A stretch of DNA of 64,000 nucleotides from sequence record MN101221.1; one strand, given 5' to 3'. This stretch comes from Klebsiella phage KMI7. The notes under the pieces were generated by a model that had not been told where the DNA came from, did no database searches, and saw nothing but the letters and a program-made list of their open reading frames with translations. Of this stretch, positions 43,466-52,802 are shown one piece after another (position 1 is the stretch's first letter; each line of letters begins with the position of its first letter). The position numbers were made by a program, and so were the translations under genes.

Positions 43466-44089
43466 TCACTGATTTTTGAAGTATTCGATCTGACGCAAAC
43501 GCTTTTCAGCGGCGGCTTTCGAATCGTATTCACCAAGTTCTTTTGTGCGATCGTGATTCAAAACAACCCACTTGTCGCCACGCTGTTCAATGTGTTCTGT
43601 AATGTCTTTTAACGACTTATCCAGATCCAGTGATTCAGCCTCTTCGCAGATAATAGTCAAATCCACTGGTAGTGTCAACAACCTTTTCACTCCGGTGATA
43701 TCATCAATCATAGAATCATATGCAAGGGTTACGTGCGGCTTGTAATCCGGGTAATCGTATGTTGCGCCAGCATCAATTGAATCTTTGAAACGGCTATGCA
43801 GGTATTCAGATTCCAGGATCCCTACGATAGTGCTACCGTATTTTGTGTCCCACTTTTCAACATCAACCAGTTTAGCAGGTTCTGTGATGTCCTGTTGCGG
43901 GAACAAATCAACCGTTTTCCGGCTGTATACGATCGTTGTATGCATCTTTTCGGCTGAAACAGCATTCTTTGTGATACCTAATGTCTTTTGAACATTTTTC
44001 AAAGCCTCACATGAAGCCTGATCGAATTTAGCACACATGTAGATACCAGGATCTACAACAGGTTTTGTGATTTCAAGAAATGATTTCAT
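43466..44089 (-). CDS. 2H phosphoesterase (LigT-like; two H-x-T-x motifs)
   Basis: HTTIVYS and HVTLAYD are 80 aa apart, as in LigT/2H cyclic phosphodiesterases. Start MKSFLE. About 207 aa. Confidence 0.6.
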   Translation of the reverse strand: MKSFLEITKPVVDPGIYMCAKFDQASCEALKNVQKTLGITKNAVSAEKMHTTIVYSRKTVDLFPQQDITEPAKLVDVEKWDTKYGSTIVGILESEYLHSRFKDSIDAGATYDYPDYKPHVTLAYDSMIDDITGVKRLLTLPVDLTIICEEAESLDLDKSLKDITEHIEQRGDKWVVLNHDRTKELGEYDSKAAAEKRLRQIEYFKNQ

Positions 44090-44103
44090 AAAACACCCCA
44101 ATA

Positions 44104-44127
44104 AAAAAGGGGCCGAAGCCCCTTTGT
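44104..44127. terminator. bidirectional GC tetraloop terminator
   Basis: aaaaaaggggccgaagcccctttgtaat. Confidence 0.55.
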
Positions 44128-44140
44128 AATAAATTTGTTT

Positions 44141-44413
44141 TTACGCTTCTTCGCCAAAGGCGGCTTCATCTTCCGCGACTTTTTCGACTTCAACGGAAGG
44201 GATCAGAGCGGATACCGCGCCAATCACTGCTTCTGGGGTTACTGGCTGGCTTGCGTCAATACCCAGTACCGAACACAGGTCGGACAGAAGTTGACGATGA
44301 ACAGAGAGTTCACTTTCTTTTTGCGCGATCACTTCGTTCAGATCGAATGCGCGGCCTTTCAGTACCAGTACTTCATTTTGCAGTTTTTGAATATCAGACA
44401 TTTTATTACCCAT
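44141..44413 (-). CDS. hypothetical coiled-coil protein (90 aa)
   Basis: ORF. 4-nt overlap with the dNMP kinase start. Confidence 0.45.
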   Translation of the reverse strand: MGNKMSDIQKLQNEVLVLKGRAFDLNEVIAQKESELSVHRQLLSDLCSVLGIDASQPVTPEAVIGAVSALIPSVEVEKVAEDEAAFGEEA

Positions 44414-44415
44414 TG

Positions 44416-45111
44416 TTAAAATTTAAAAGTATCGAGCACTTTGCTCTTTAGTTGTTTCAAAGTACCTTCGTTAGTGATGATACTATCTCCCGGTTGAGGT
44501 GTCAAACCTTTTTCCGTGGAATGTTCATCAACAATTCCGGTATCCTTTACAATAAACACAAACTTAGCACCCAAGCGTTTCAGGTATTTATATTCGTGTT
44601 CCTGACGACAGTCAGTTACCAGAAGATGATTGTATTCATCACCAGCATATTTATTGACGAATCTTTCCAGTGTGTAACGAACCCAAACCGTGTTATCATA
44701 CTTGCATACGATATCAGTTCCAAACACTTGCATCAAGCGTCTGATACTCCAGGGGGTATCGTTACGCATAATCAGGTTATGAATATCATCCGGACTGTAA
44801 ACAATATTGTATCCGCGTTCTTTGAGGATTTCAAGCCCGATTCTGAAAATATTTAGGACATCTTCATTAGAAATCACAAGAGGTTTCTCTCGATCGCCTT
44901 CATAAAAAATAGCATCCGGATCAGAATATTTTCCTTCAACCAGATTGCGAATGTATGGTTTATCGTAACCATATCGCTGCATTGCTACTCTTAGCGTTCT
45001 TTTGATACCAAATGCCAGTGCTTCACACTGAACATCATTGTACGCCTCTTGAATAAATTTAGCAACCGTATCTTTACCAGTTCGCTTTTTTCCACTAATC
45101 ACATAAATCAT
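44416..45111 (-). CDS. 1: deoxynucleoside monophosphate kinase (gp1)
   Basis: 231 aa. P-loop SGKKRTGKDT. WSIRRLMQVFGTD and DCRQEHE match my recall of T4 gp1. Confidence 0.88.
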   Translation of the reverse strand: MIYVISGKKRTGKDTVAKFIQEAYNDVQCEALAFGIKRTLRVAMQRYGYDKPYIRNLVEGKYSDPDAIFYEGDREKPLVISNEDVLNIFRIGLEILKERGYNIVYSPDDIHNLIMRNDTPWSIRRLMQVFGTDIVCKYDNTVWVRYTLERFVNKYAGDEYNHLLVTDCRQEHEYKYLKRLGAKFVFIVKDTGIVDEHSTEKGLTPQPGDSIITNEGTLKQLKSKVLDTFKF

Positions 45112-45641
45112 TAGCTCATTCTCTTTTGAGAAGTGACTACTTTTCCGTCAATTTCAACTTCCATATGAAGGAAGCCAAAAGTTGCCATACACGTAACCGC
45201 TTCATCACTATCGTTAGTATAACCCAATTCAACCTCACCCAAGTTTGTTGGGAAGGCACCATAAAATCTAAATGTGGCGATCGTTTTCATCTGGGAGTTA
45301 TCCAGGATATGCACAGCGAATGATTGCTTAGGATCATCCCACGCAACAGAGTTAAACTCGTTATAATCGTTTGTGCTCAACATCCATATGTAAATCCCAA
45401 GATACGATCTCATTTCCTCATCGACTACAAAGCGGATCATCAAAGGATCAAACTCAAAAGCCGAACCAGGTACTTTACCTCGAACCATCATATTTGCAGG
45501 AATATCAACTGCTGGGAGGTTCATTGATGGTAGTGTAACCCCTTGAACTTGTAAAGTCAAACCTTTCATGTAACTGTTATCAGGAATATCAACCCGAAAG
45601 TTTGTAGGTGAGATTTGGTTTAAAATCATTTCTGTAGACAT
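45111..45641 (-). CDS. tail completion/sheath stabiliser gp3-like (positional)
   Basis: 176 aa, the same length as T4 gp3. Adjacent to gene 1 as in T4. Beta-rich tail-tube-like composition. Confidence 0.4.
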   Translation of the reverse strand: MSTEMILNQISPTNFRVDIPDNSYMKGLTLQVQGVTLPSMNLPAVDIPANMMVRGKVPGSAFEFDPLMIRFVVDEEMRSYLGIYIWMLSTNDYNEFNSVAWDDPKQSFAVHILDNSQMKTIATFRFYGAFPTNLGEVELGYTNDSDEAVTCMATFGFLHMEVEIDGKVVTSQKRMS

Positions 45642-45720
45642 AGGATCTCCTTTCCTCTATTTAGCGGGGAACGGGATCAAAGCGGCCTGACGGGGTAATA
45701 TAAAAATTTGAAGAAAATGC

Positions 45721-45749
45721 TTGACCTTTTAAAATCTTTGATCTATAAT
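45721..45749 (+). promoter_or_regulatory. sigma70 consensus-like promoter TTGACC-17-TATAAT
   Basis: Near-consensus hexamers and spacer. GATC abuts the -10. Confidence 0.55.
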
Positions 45750-45836
45750 AATTTTTAATTAAAATTTTATCAAAAAGATCTAACAAGATCAAGTAAAATT
45801 TAATAAATAATTTATCAAAAATTTTTAGATCTGATC

Positions 45837-45865
45837 TTGAATTCATAAATTTTATGATCTATAAT
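45837..45865 (+). promoter_or_regulatory. sigma70-type promoter TTGAAT-17-TATAAT
   Basis: Second tandem promoter. GATCTATAAT again. Confidence 0.5.
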
Positions 45866-46010
45866 ATATTAATATTTTATTTTATCATAAATTTTTATGA
45901 AGATCAATACTTAGATCTAATAAATTTTATGCTTTTTCTGAAAACTTTTCCTTTACCCCGTCACTAAATACTGGTACTATGTTCCCATATTGGAAATCAG
46001 GAAAAACAAA

Positions 46011-46955
46011 ATGACTCACTTGAAAAAATTCAAAGAATTTCTGACCGAAGGTAAAACCCTCGCTCGTACCGTAGCACGTGGTCAACGCGCTAAAACTTCC
46101 GATAAACATTCAATCGGTTTTCTTCACTTCAAACATGGTTCTGATTTCGAAGTTTTAGCACCGGATTCTCACGATCTGGCATACTTCGGTAAAAACATTG
46201 TACGTTTGAAAGGTATGACTACTGGTAAAGTTCAAGCGGCTTATGTCGATTGGGCTAAAGGTACTGTTTCTTTCTACAGTGGTAATCCGGATAATGATAT
46301 GGATTTCGATAAACCAGAAAAATTCAAAGCTGCTACTCTGTATGAAGAGGCGGAAGAAAATCTGGATCTGTATAACCAGTTAGCAGAAGATTTCGAAATC
46401 GAGATCCCTATGGATGAAGCTCTGGTGAAAGGTAAAGTTTACAAACTCCCAAGCAACGATATGCGTCTTCTGTACACTGGGCGTTCTAAAACTAAAGCAA
46501 GCGGTGAATATGCAGTGTTTACCGTAGTCGATGCTTCCGGTAAACCTCGCCTGGTATCTGGTAAAAAATTCACCCAGGAATATAAAGGCGATATGGTTTC
46601 TAAACTGGTTCTGGCTGAATCGGAGGAAATCAATGAAGCTGTTGTGGGGAAGTCCTCACCTAATGTTAAAAAATTGGTTGCTGCACTAAAGAAAAAGTTT
46701 GATGTTTACGTGGAAGTAGAAAAAAAGAAATTTTACAACGAAAAGACTGAATCATTCGAATATGAAACCGTCGTTAGTGTTGAATACTACGAAAAAGGCG
46801 AAGATTCAGAACCGATCGGCGTATTCCGTACATCAGACGACCAGAAATTTACATTTGGTCATATCTACAGTAAAGCGGGTTCTGATCATGGTAAAGCGTT
46901 TGATGTAGCACATATTGTTTCCGGAATTAAAACCGGACATTACGATCCTAAGTAA
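46011..46955 (+). CDS. lysine-rich protein with internal-protein-like N-terminal capsid-targeting sequence (candidate injected internal protein)
   Basis: Start MTHLKKFKEFLTE|G with an AGGAAA SD. Resembles the T4 IP CTS (MKxYxEFIAE, LxE cleavage). Strong GGT/CGT/CTG/GCT codon bias. Has its own promoters and terminator. Confidence 0.5.
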   Translation: MTHLKKFKEFLTEGKTLARTVARGQRAKTSDKHSIGFLHFKHGSDFEVLAPDSHDLAYFGKNIVRLKGMTTGKVQAAYVDWAKGTVSFYSGNPDNDMDFDKPEKFKAATLYEEAEENLDLYNQLAEDFEIEIPMDEALVKGKVYKLPSNDMRLLYTGRSKTKASGEYAVFTVVDASGKPRLVSGKKFTQEYKGDMVSKLVLAESEEINEAVVGKSSPNVKKLVAALKKKFDVYVEVEKKKFYNEKTESFEYETVVSVEYYEKGEDSEPIGVFRTSDDQKFTFGHIYSKAGSDHGKAFDVAHIVSGIKTGHYDPK

Positions 46956-46956
46956 A

Positions 46957-46990
46957 AATAAAGCCCCTTCCTTTCGGTTGGGGCTTTTTG
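46957..46990. terminator. bidirectional intrinsic terminator
   Basis: aataaagcccc...ggggctttttgatt hairpin flanked by an A-run and a T-run. Lies between the 46011 gene (+) and gene 2 (-). Confidence 0.55.
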
Positions 46991-46991
46991 A

Positions 46992-47846
46992 TTAGTATTT
47001 GCTCCAGACTTTTTTCGCGCCGTAAGGTTTCCCTTTGGACATAAATTGCTGAGTCGGTAGCCAAACAGCTTTCGCCCAATCTTTAGGGGCAATCTCTGCT
47101 AATGGTGATTTGAGGTGTGATGGTAGATATGCTTTGATCATTTCTGTTGCGCCTCGCATACCTTTCACGTTACCCCAGTTAATTTTAAGCACGGTCTTGT
47201 TAGAGAGGCGTTTAGTGGATCCGTACCCTCGCTTCAATAACTCTTCTAAAAACTCCTGTCGTGCTCTGGGTGGCGCATAGTGCAAGTTCAAACCATAGAA
47301 CACCAAGTTACCCGCTTTCGATCTTCCGGATCCTAAGAAAATGATCAGTGGAAATCTATCCCAGTACGGCAGGGTGTCTTTATATTTTGCATCATATGCA
47401 AACGTGTACAGGCGACCCGTTGCTGGTTTTGCCACACGGTGTGTTTTGATACTGGTTTTGATGAAATTACCAAACCATTCTGTTGAATCTTTCTGTCGCT
47501 TTGCCGCTGATACACCAACAGTGATCTTTTTCAGACTATTACGGAAATCGTTGATGATCTCGATCCCGTGTTTTTTACGGTAGTCATTACGTTTTTTACG
47601 GGCTTCTGTTTCTGCTGTACGTCGTTCAATCTCATCATCAATCTGTTTTTTGTAACGATGCATTGACTTTGTGAACGTTGCGTAGTTTAATCCCTCAGAA
47701 TCGGCAAAACGTTTAGCAGAAACACCTTTCGTTTTTGCCTTACGGAATTTGATCCCAAGTTCAACCCAATCACTCAATTTGCGTTTGGGTGGTGCTTTGG
47801 GTTTATCCTCTTCCGCGATGATCTCAAACTCAAAAATAAAACTCAT
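46992..47846 (-). CDS. 2: DNA end-protector / head completion protein gp2 (putative)
   Basis: 284 aa, very basic. Next to gene 4 as in T4. The T4 gp2 size is similar (274 aa). Confidence 0.65.
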   Translation of the reverse strand: MSFIFEFEIIAEEDKPKAPPKRKLSDWVELGIKFRKAKTKGVSAKRFADSEGLNYATFTKSMHRYKKQIDDEIERRTAETEARKKRNDYRKKHGIEIINDFRNSLKKITVGVSAAKRQKDSTEWFGNFIKTSIKTHRVAKPATGRLYTFAYDAKYKDTLPYWDRFPLIIFLGSGRSKAGNLVFYGLNLHYAPPRARQEFLEELLKRGYGSTKRLSNKTVLKINWGNVKGMRGATEMIKAYLPSHLKSPLAEIAPKDWAKAVWLPTQQFMSKGKPYGAKKVWSKY

Positions 47847-47861
47847 GTTTCCCTCCAGGGA

Positions 47862-48329
47862 TTACTGACCTCGCCACCCAAAAACTTTTTTGAGTGATTC
47901 TTCTGTTACTATTTTGAACTGCCAGCCTTTTTGACGGCATAGCTCATTTGCGGCTTTCCACTTATCAATATTAACTGTATAGGTGTAAAGAGCATCAATA
48001 AATTTCTTTTTATTGTGTACGTTGTTGTTTACTGGCTTCGGTGGAGGCATGGTTTCTTTAAGGGGCTTAACCTCCCAAAGATATGTAGTACCATTTTCCA
48101 TTTCCACATAGAAATCCATGTAATAGCGCCTTCTCTTACCGTCTGCGTTGCAGAAATACGGGATCACTATACATTCAGAATTCCAACGTTTTACGTGTGG
48201 GTTTTTATCCAGCCACTTCATAACGTAGCGCTCCCACGATGACCTATACGTAATCTTTCGCGGATCGCCTTTATACTTCTGTATGTTTTCGGGTACAAAC
48301 GACCCTTTATACGTCTGTCTTCCAGCCAT
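47862..48329 (-). CDS. 4: head completion protein gp4
   Basis: 155 aa. YRSSWE, IPYF, YYMDFYV and WEVKP match my recall of T4 gp4 (150 aa). Confidence 0.8.
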   Translation of the reverse strand: MAGRQTYKGSFVPENIQKYKGDPRKITYRSSWERYVMKWLDKNPHVKRWNSECIVIPYFCNADGKRRRYYMDFYVEMENGTTYLWEVKPLKETMPPPKPVNNNVHNKKKFIDALYTYTVNIDKWKAANELCRQKGWQFKIVTEESLKKVFGWRGQ

Positions 48330-48379
48330 TGCGTAAATCCTAAATAGAATAATATAACGTTTAGATAGGGGAACTTACC

Positions 48380-48934
48380 GTGCTATTTTCATACTTCCCG
48401 CCTGTTGATTACAAAGGCACCCAGACAACTGATATTTTCCGAGACTATCGATTTTATTTTAATCGTGTGATTGGAAAATATAAAACCCGTAGTTACCAGA
48501 TAACAGGCACACTACGACCTGAACAACTTGCAGAATCATTATATGGAAACCAGCAATACTACTGGATCCTGTTGATGCTTAACTCTGTTTATGACCCTTT
48601 CTATGGTTGGATCAGCGATCAGGAAGCCGCGTATCAGTGCGCTATACAGCGTTATTCTGAGGTTGGCGGTGAACAGGTTCTGTATCATGTAGATGAAAAC
48701 AACAACAAGTATTATAACCTTGTCGAAGACCCCAATAACCCTGGTCATTGGTATGACAAAGGCGACAAACCAATGCTGTATTTACAGTATCAAGGTGTAT
48801 TAGCTCCTGTAGATATTTATGAAGATGCAGTGTTGCAAAATGAAGCAAAACGAACAATAAAAATCATTAGTCCGTCTGACATCCAGGCGTTTCTGAATGA
48901 TTTTATTAAAGAAATGGAAAAGGCTAACTCATGA
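48380..48934 (+). CDS. 53: baseplate wedge protein gp53
   Basis: 184 aa, GTG start. Collinear with T4 gp53 (TDIFR.Y..YF.R, YWILLM.N..YDPFYGWI..QEAAYQ, VYHV.EN..KYYNL). Confidence 0.85.
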   Translation: MLFSYFPPVDYKGTQTTDIFRDYRFYFNRVIGKYKTRSYQITGTLRPEQLAESLYGNQQYYWILLMLNSVYDPFYGWISDQEAAYQCAIQRYSEVGGEQVLYHVDENNNKYYNLVEDPNNPGHWYDKGDKPMLYLQYQGVLAPVDIYEDAVLQNEAKRTIKIISPSDIQAFLNDFIKEMEKANS

Positions 48935-50700
48935 AATTAGGCGGAAATTTACACTCACCTTTCTTTGATGGGGTGGTTGAAAACGTTGATGATCCGCGCG
49001 GGTTGGGCCGTGTTCAAGTCCGTGTATTTGGACAACACCCAGCCCAAAAACAAAAATCCGATGCAATCGGTGTTCCTGTTGAAGATTTACCCTGGATGAT
49101 GCCTATTCAGGATATTAGAAGCGCTGCGATCTCTGGTGTGGGCTTCTCTCCAACTGGTATCACTCGCGGATCCTTTGTTGTTGGTTATTGGCGTGACAAA
49201 TGGCACCAAGATGGTATGATAATCGGTACTGTCGCTGGTGAATATGTCGAACAACCAGACACACAGAAAGGTTTTTGCGATCCTATGGGTGAATACCCTC
49301 GCTATGTTGGTAACGATGTTAACTCCCTTGCATTAGGTGGTTTGAAAGGCAAAGGATCATCAAGTGTCATCATTCGTGATTCAAACACAAGCATAGCAGT
49401 AAACCCAGACGATCGCCCACTGGATGAGATACCAGAAGATAACCGCCCTGATACGGGTGGATTTACGATCGAAAAGATGCTCAAACAGGATGAGGGGATC
49501 CGCACACGCTGGTATACAGACAGTGAAGGATATCCGACAATTGGGATCGGGCATTTGCTTATCCGCGAAAAGACTCGCGACACTGCAAAAATTAACGCTG
49601 CGATCAGTAAAGCGGTAGGTCGAGAAGTAACAAACGGAACAATCACGGCAGAAGAGGTATCAACCTTATTTGCTCAAGATTTAGCCAAAGTAAGATCTGA
49701 TATTCAGAGAACCGCTAACGTCCGTGAAGTGTATGTGAACCTCAACCGTCCTCGTCAAATGGCGATCGAAAACATGTCGTTTCAAATGGGCGTCGGCGGT
49801 GTTGCTAAATTCACCAATACCCTAAAAGCGATGAAAAATGAAGATTGGCAAGCGGCTTATAATGGTCTTCGAAATTCACTGTGGGCTAGTCAAACTCCAG
49901 GCCGTTCTTCTCGCGTGTCTAAAATCGTCCTCACGGGCAACCTTGAATCATATGGGGTGCAAGTACCAGATCCGGAAGGGCGCTCTCTGAGTGCTGCTTA
50001 CGCTGCGTATAACGGTGCTACATTGTTGGCTGCTAGTCCGGAAGATCCGTTTACTCCTGGTGATACCCGTGTGATGTTTGAAGAACCAGCATCATCTTAT
50101 AATGCGGAATATCCGTATAACATGGTGTTTGAATCGAGATCCGGACACATTCAGGAATTCGATGATACCCCAGGATACGAACGATATAACCGTGTTCACC
50201 CAGCAGGGAGTTACGAAGAAATTCGCCCGGATGGAACCCGCGTTGTTAAAATCGTAGGGGATGATTATCAGATTGTGATGCAGGGCCGGAAACTCAACGT
50301 TAAAGGCAACTTGCAGGTAGTTATTGAAGGCGATGCGTTCATTTACAACATGGGTAACGTTCAACAAACGGTTGATGGTAACGTAACTGAATTTGTTCGT
50401 GGAAACGTTCAACAAACGGTTGAAGGTGAGTACGTTGGCCTTATTAAAGGCAATGCTGAACTAACTGTAAACAAAGATGCAACAGTTAACGTTGATCAGA
50501 ATCTTACCGCAAATGTGAAACAGAATGCAACCGTGGCTGTAACAGAAGACGCAACGGTCAGTGCAAAAAATGCGAAAATTGAGATTGAAGAAACGATGGA
50601 TATCGGTGCTAAAGATATCAATATCAAAGCAACGAATAACACGTTTATTGACTCTGGCGCATTAACAAAAATCACTGGCGGCACCGTCCAAGTGGGGTAA
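48931..50700 (+). CDS. 5: baseplate hub/central spike with lysozyme domain gp5
   Basis: 589 aa. OB-fold N-terminus. T4-lysozyme-like domain GYPTIGIGHLL...MSFQMG. C-terminal VxGxxxxN beta-helix repeats. Confidence 0.92.
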   Translation: MKLGGNLHSPFFDGVVENVDDPRGLGRVQVRVFGQHPAQKQKSDAIGVPVEDLPWMMPIQDIRSAAISGVGFSPTGITRGSFVVGYWRDKWHQDGMIIGTVAGEYVEQPDTQKGFCDPMGEYPRYVGNDVNSLALGGLKGKGSSSVIIRDSNTSIAVNPDDRPLDEIPEDNRPDTGGFTIEKMLKQDEGIRTRWYTDSEGYPTIGIGHLLIREKTRDTAKINAAISKAVGREVTNGTITAEEVSTLFAQDLAKVRSDIQRTANVREVYVNLNRPRQMAIENMSFQMGVGGVAKFTNTLKAMKNEDWQAAYNGLRNSLWASQTPGRSSRVSKIVLTGNLESYGVQVPDPEGRSLSAAYAAYNGATLLAASPEDPFTPGDTRVMFEEPASSYNAEYPYNMVFESRSGHIQEFDDTPGYERYNRVHPAGSYEEIRPDGTRVVKIVGDDYQIVMQGRKLNVKGNLQVVIEGDAFIYNMGNVQQTVDGNVTEFVRGNVQQTVEGEYVGLIKGNAELTVNKDATVNVDQNLTANVKQNATVAVTEDATVSAKNAKIEIEETMDIGAKDINIKATNNTFIDSGALTKITGGTVQVG

Positions 50701-50704
50701 TTAA

Positions 50705-52771
50705 ATGATTATGGATTATGAATCAATAATTGATGGAATTATGCAAAATTATCAACATCCTTGTGATGCTGAGATCCCCGCTGGCTATTATCGGCGGGTT
50801 ATCTGGCAAGGGCATACAGAAAATTATCCGGCTGTTGGGGTTGAGTGGGATACCGAGATAATCAAAATCGGTACTCATCTTTATACTCAAGAACCGTTCG
50901 GACATAGAAGCACGGATCTACCTGTTGTCAATTCACCAGGAACAGATCCAAATACCGGACAACCAACAGGGATCCTTGTTCCAAAGATTGGTTATTATTT
51001 CAACACTCAAGCAGAAATTGATGCTTACATTACATCTATTGGTGCAACTAAAATCAATGGTGGTAATGATTGGTATGGCGCGGATCTGTCAAAATCAAAC
51101 CTATACAAAAACCCTGGCGAACTGGCTATGTATAAGGTCGAAAACAGTGGTGGATATCTTTCCGGAACAAACCCTGTATGTGATGCTCGCATACGTCAGA
51201 CGTATAATCAGGACACTGGCGCATTCACCAATATTGATTATTATTGGAACGGTAATCGTATAGCCTATATGAAGCATGATGAAACAGGGGCGCACCAGTG
51301 CAAATATACGGGTATGCAGGTTAACACCAACGCAGATACAAGCATTCCTCCTGTTCCTCCTGCAATGCCTTCCACTTATGGGGCATTACCGAGTGAATTA
51401 AGCCGTGCTGATATTTCGTGCATTCCGGCAACTGTTGGTTTCGCATATACAAATATCAGTGATGCTATGTTACAGGCATGGAATGAAACCCGTCATACGT
51501 TCAAGCTACAGTTTAACATGTTAACGGGTGCTGTACAGAATGGATTCGGGATCGCGACGATGTTTGATGGTTTATCCGTATCGATGGAAGAAGTAATGGC
51601 GGGGGCGCTCGCATTGTCACAGCAAGCATGGCAAACTGCTATGAAAGTTTTCAGACAAGTGATTAGCGCTGCATTTAACATTATCGGTGGTGCATGGGGA
51701 TTGATTAATCAGTTCTTGCCTCAAGTAACCATCTTAGGTGTTGCGATCAACATTTACGATCTGGTGTTTGGTGATAATTCTGTTCAGACTTTGAAAGATG
51801 CTTTTAATGCAATCATCAAATCCGGACAACAAACATATGAAACCGTCATAAACGCAATATACGGGGCCATAGGAAGCGCATACAATTACTCTGTGGAATA
51901 TGTCAAAGCTGGCGCTCGCGACCTTGTGGATGCGTGTAGCGCGTTATTTGATTGGTGTTTAACGATGTTCCAAAACGGTTGCGTTGCATTAATCGACTTA
52001 TACGGTCGGATCATGCAAACATGGGCTATCCCTCCGGAAGTCCCAAACCCGTTATGGTCTGCGGTGCTGGCTATCCGTAACATCATGATGCAAATCAAAC
52101 CACTTGATATAATTCTGGGCGGTAACTTCCCTGGATTCACTGCAATGGATTTGTATCAACAAGCACAGGAAAAAGTCAAGGCTTTTGTTGATGAGTCATA
52201 CGAACAGATCCGAGGGCTTTATGAACAGGGGCAGGAACTTTACAAAACGTTAAAAAATCAGATTTTCGAACGTGATGCAATTCAGAGAAAATTCAACCAG
52301 TACTTAAACTGGATGTGGGGCGCTGTAACAGACGAAGCAACAGCGGCTTATCAATCTGCATTGGATGCTGCAAACGCTGCTGTAGCTGCAACACAGGCCG
52401 CGTATGACGCTATACAGGAACAGATTGGATCTCTACAAGATGCAATGAAAGATACATACAGCATGGCGATGGAAGAATTAAAGAAATTGCCTTTGATGAG
52501 TACAATAAACGAGTTTTTAGGCTTCTGTGGTGTCGCATTTGACGATCTTCTCAAGTCATATGAAAATGCGATTACTGGTGCTCAGTCGCTGTACAAAAAT
52601 TTCATTGATAGTTCGCGCTCGTTTAAAGATCACTGCAAAGTAATCTATAACCAAATTTGTACGTTGGCGTTGAGTAAAGTCACACAATATGTGAATAAAT
52701 TGCTGTCTCTCATAGGATTAGCAATCAACTTTGGTTCGATTAGTGTATGTGTTCCAGTACTGAAATACTAA
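50705..52771 (+). CDS. uncharacterised 688-aa protein in the gp5.1/gp5.4 position (Gly/Asn-rich N-domain, helix-rich hydrophobic C-domain)
   Basis: Long ORF starting 5 nt after the gp5 stop. No PAAR motifs. C-terminal 450 aa are Ala/Gln-rich helices with several long hydrophobic segments. Confidence 0.6.
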   Translation: MIMDYESIIDGIMQNYQHPCDAEIPAGYYRRVIWQGHTENYPAVGVEWDTEIIKIGTHLYTQEPFGHRSTDLPVVNSPGTDPNTGQPTGILVPKIGYYFNTQAEIDAYITSIGATKINGGNDWYGADLSKSNLYKNPGELAMYKVENSGGYLSGTNPVCDARIRQTYNQDTGAFTNIDYYWNGNRIAYMKHDETGAHQCKYTGMQVNTNADTSIPPVPPAMPSTYGALPSELSRADISCIPATVGFAYTNISDAMLQAWNETRHTFKLQFNMLTGAVQNGFGIATMFDGLSVSMEEVMAGALALSQQAWQTAMKVFRQVISAAFNIIGGAWGLINQFLPQVTILGVAINIYDLVFGDNSVQTLKDAFNAIIKSGQQTYETVINAIYGAIGSAYNYSVEYVKAGARDLVDACSALFDWCLTMFQNGCVALIDLYGRIMQTWAIPPEVPNPLWSAVLAIRNIMMQIKPLDIILGGNFPGFTAMDLYQQAQEKVKAFVDESYEQIRGLYEQGQELYKTLKNQIFERDAIQRKFNQYLNWMWGAVTDEATAAYQSALDAANAAVAATQAAYDAIQEQIGSLQDAMKDTYSMAMEELKKLPLMSTINEFLGFCGVAFDDLLKSYENAITGAQSLYKNFIDSSRSFKDHCKVIYNQICTLALSKVTQYVNKLLSLIGLAINFGSISVCVPVLKY

Positions 52772-52802
52772 ATAGTCGAATGATCAAGAGGAATTTATAA
52801 TA

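Larger units (their letters stand above)
45642..46010. promoter_or_regulatory. AT-rich divergent intergenic region with GATC cluster and tandem strong promoters
   Basis: About 9 GATC, including 3 AGATCT. The TGATCTATAAT motif is shared with the 19.7-kb region. Confidence 0.6.

Noticed and set aside
45661-46109. ORFs 45661..45846(-) and 45927..46109(-) in the AT-rich promoter region
   Set aside because: Made of poly-Ile/Lys/Phe low-complexity codons from AT-rich DNA. They overlap consensus promoters and the start of the 46011 gene.
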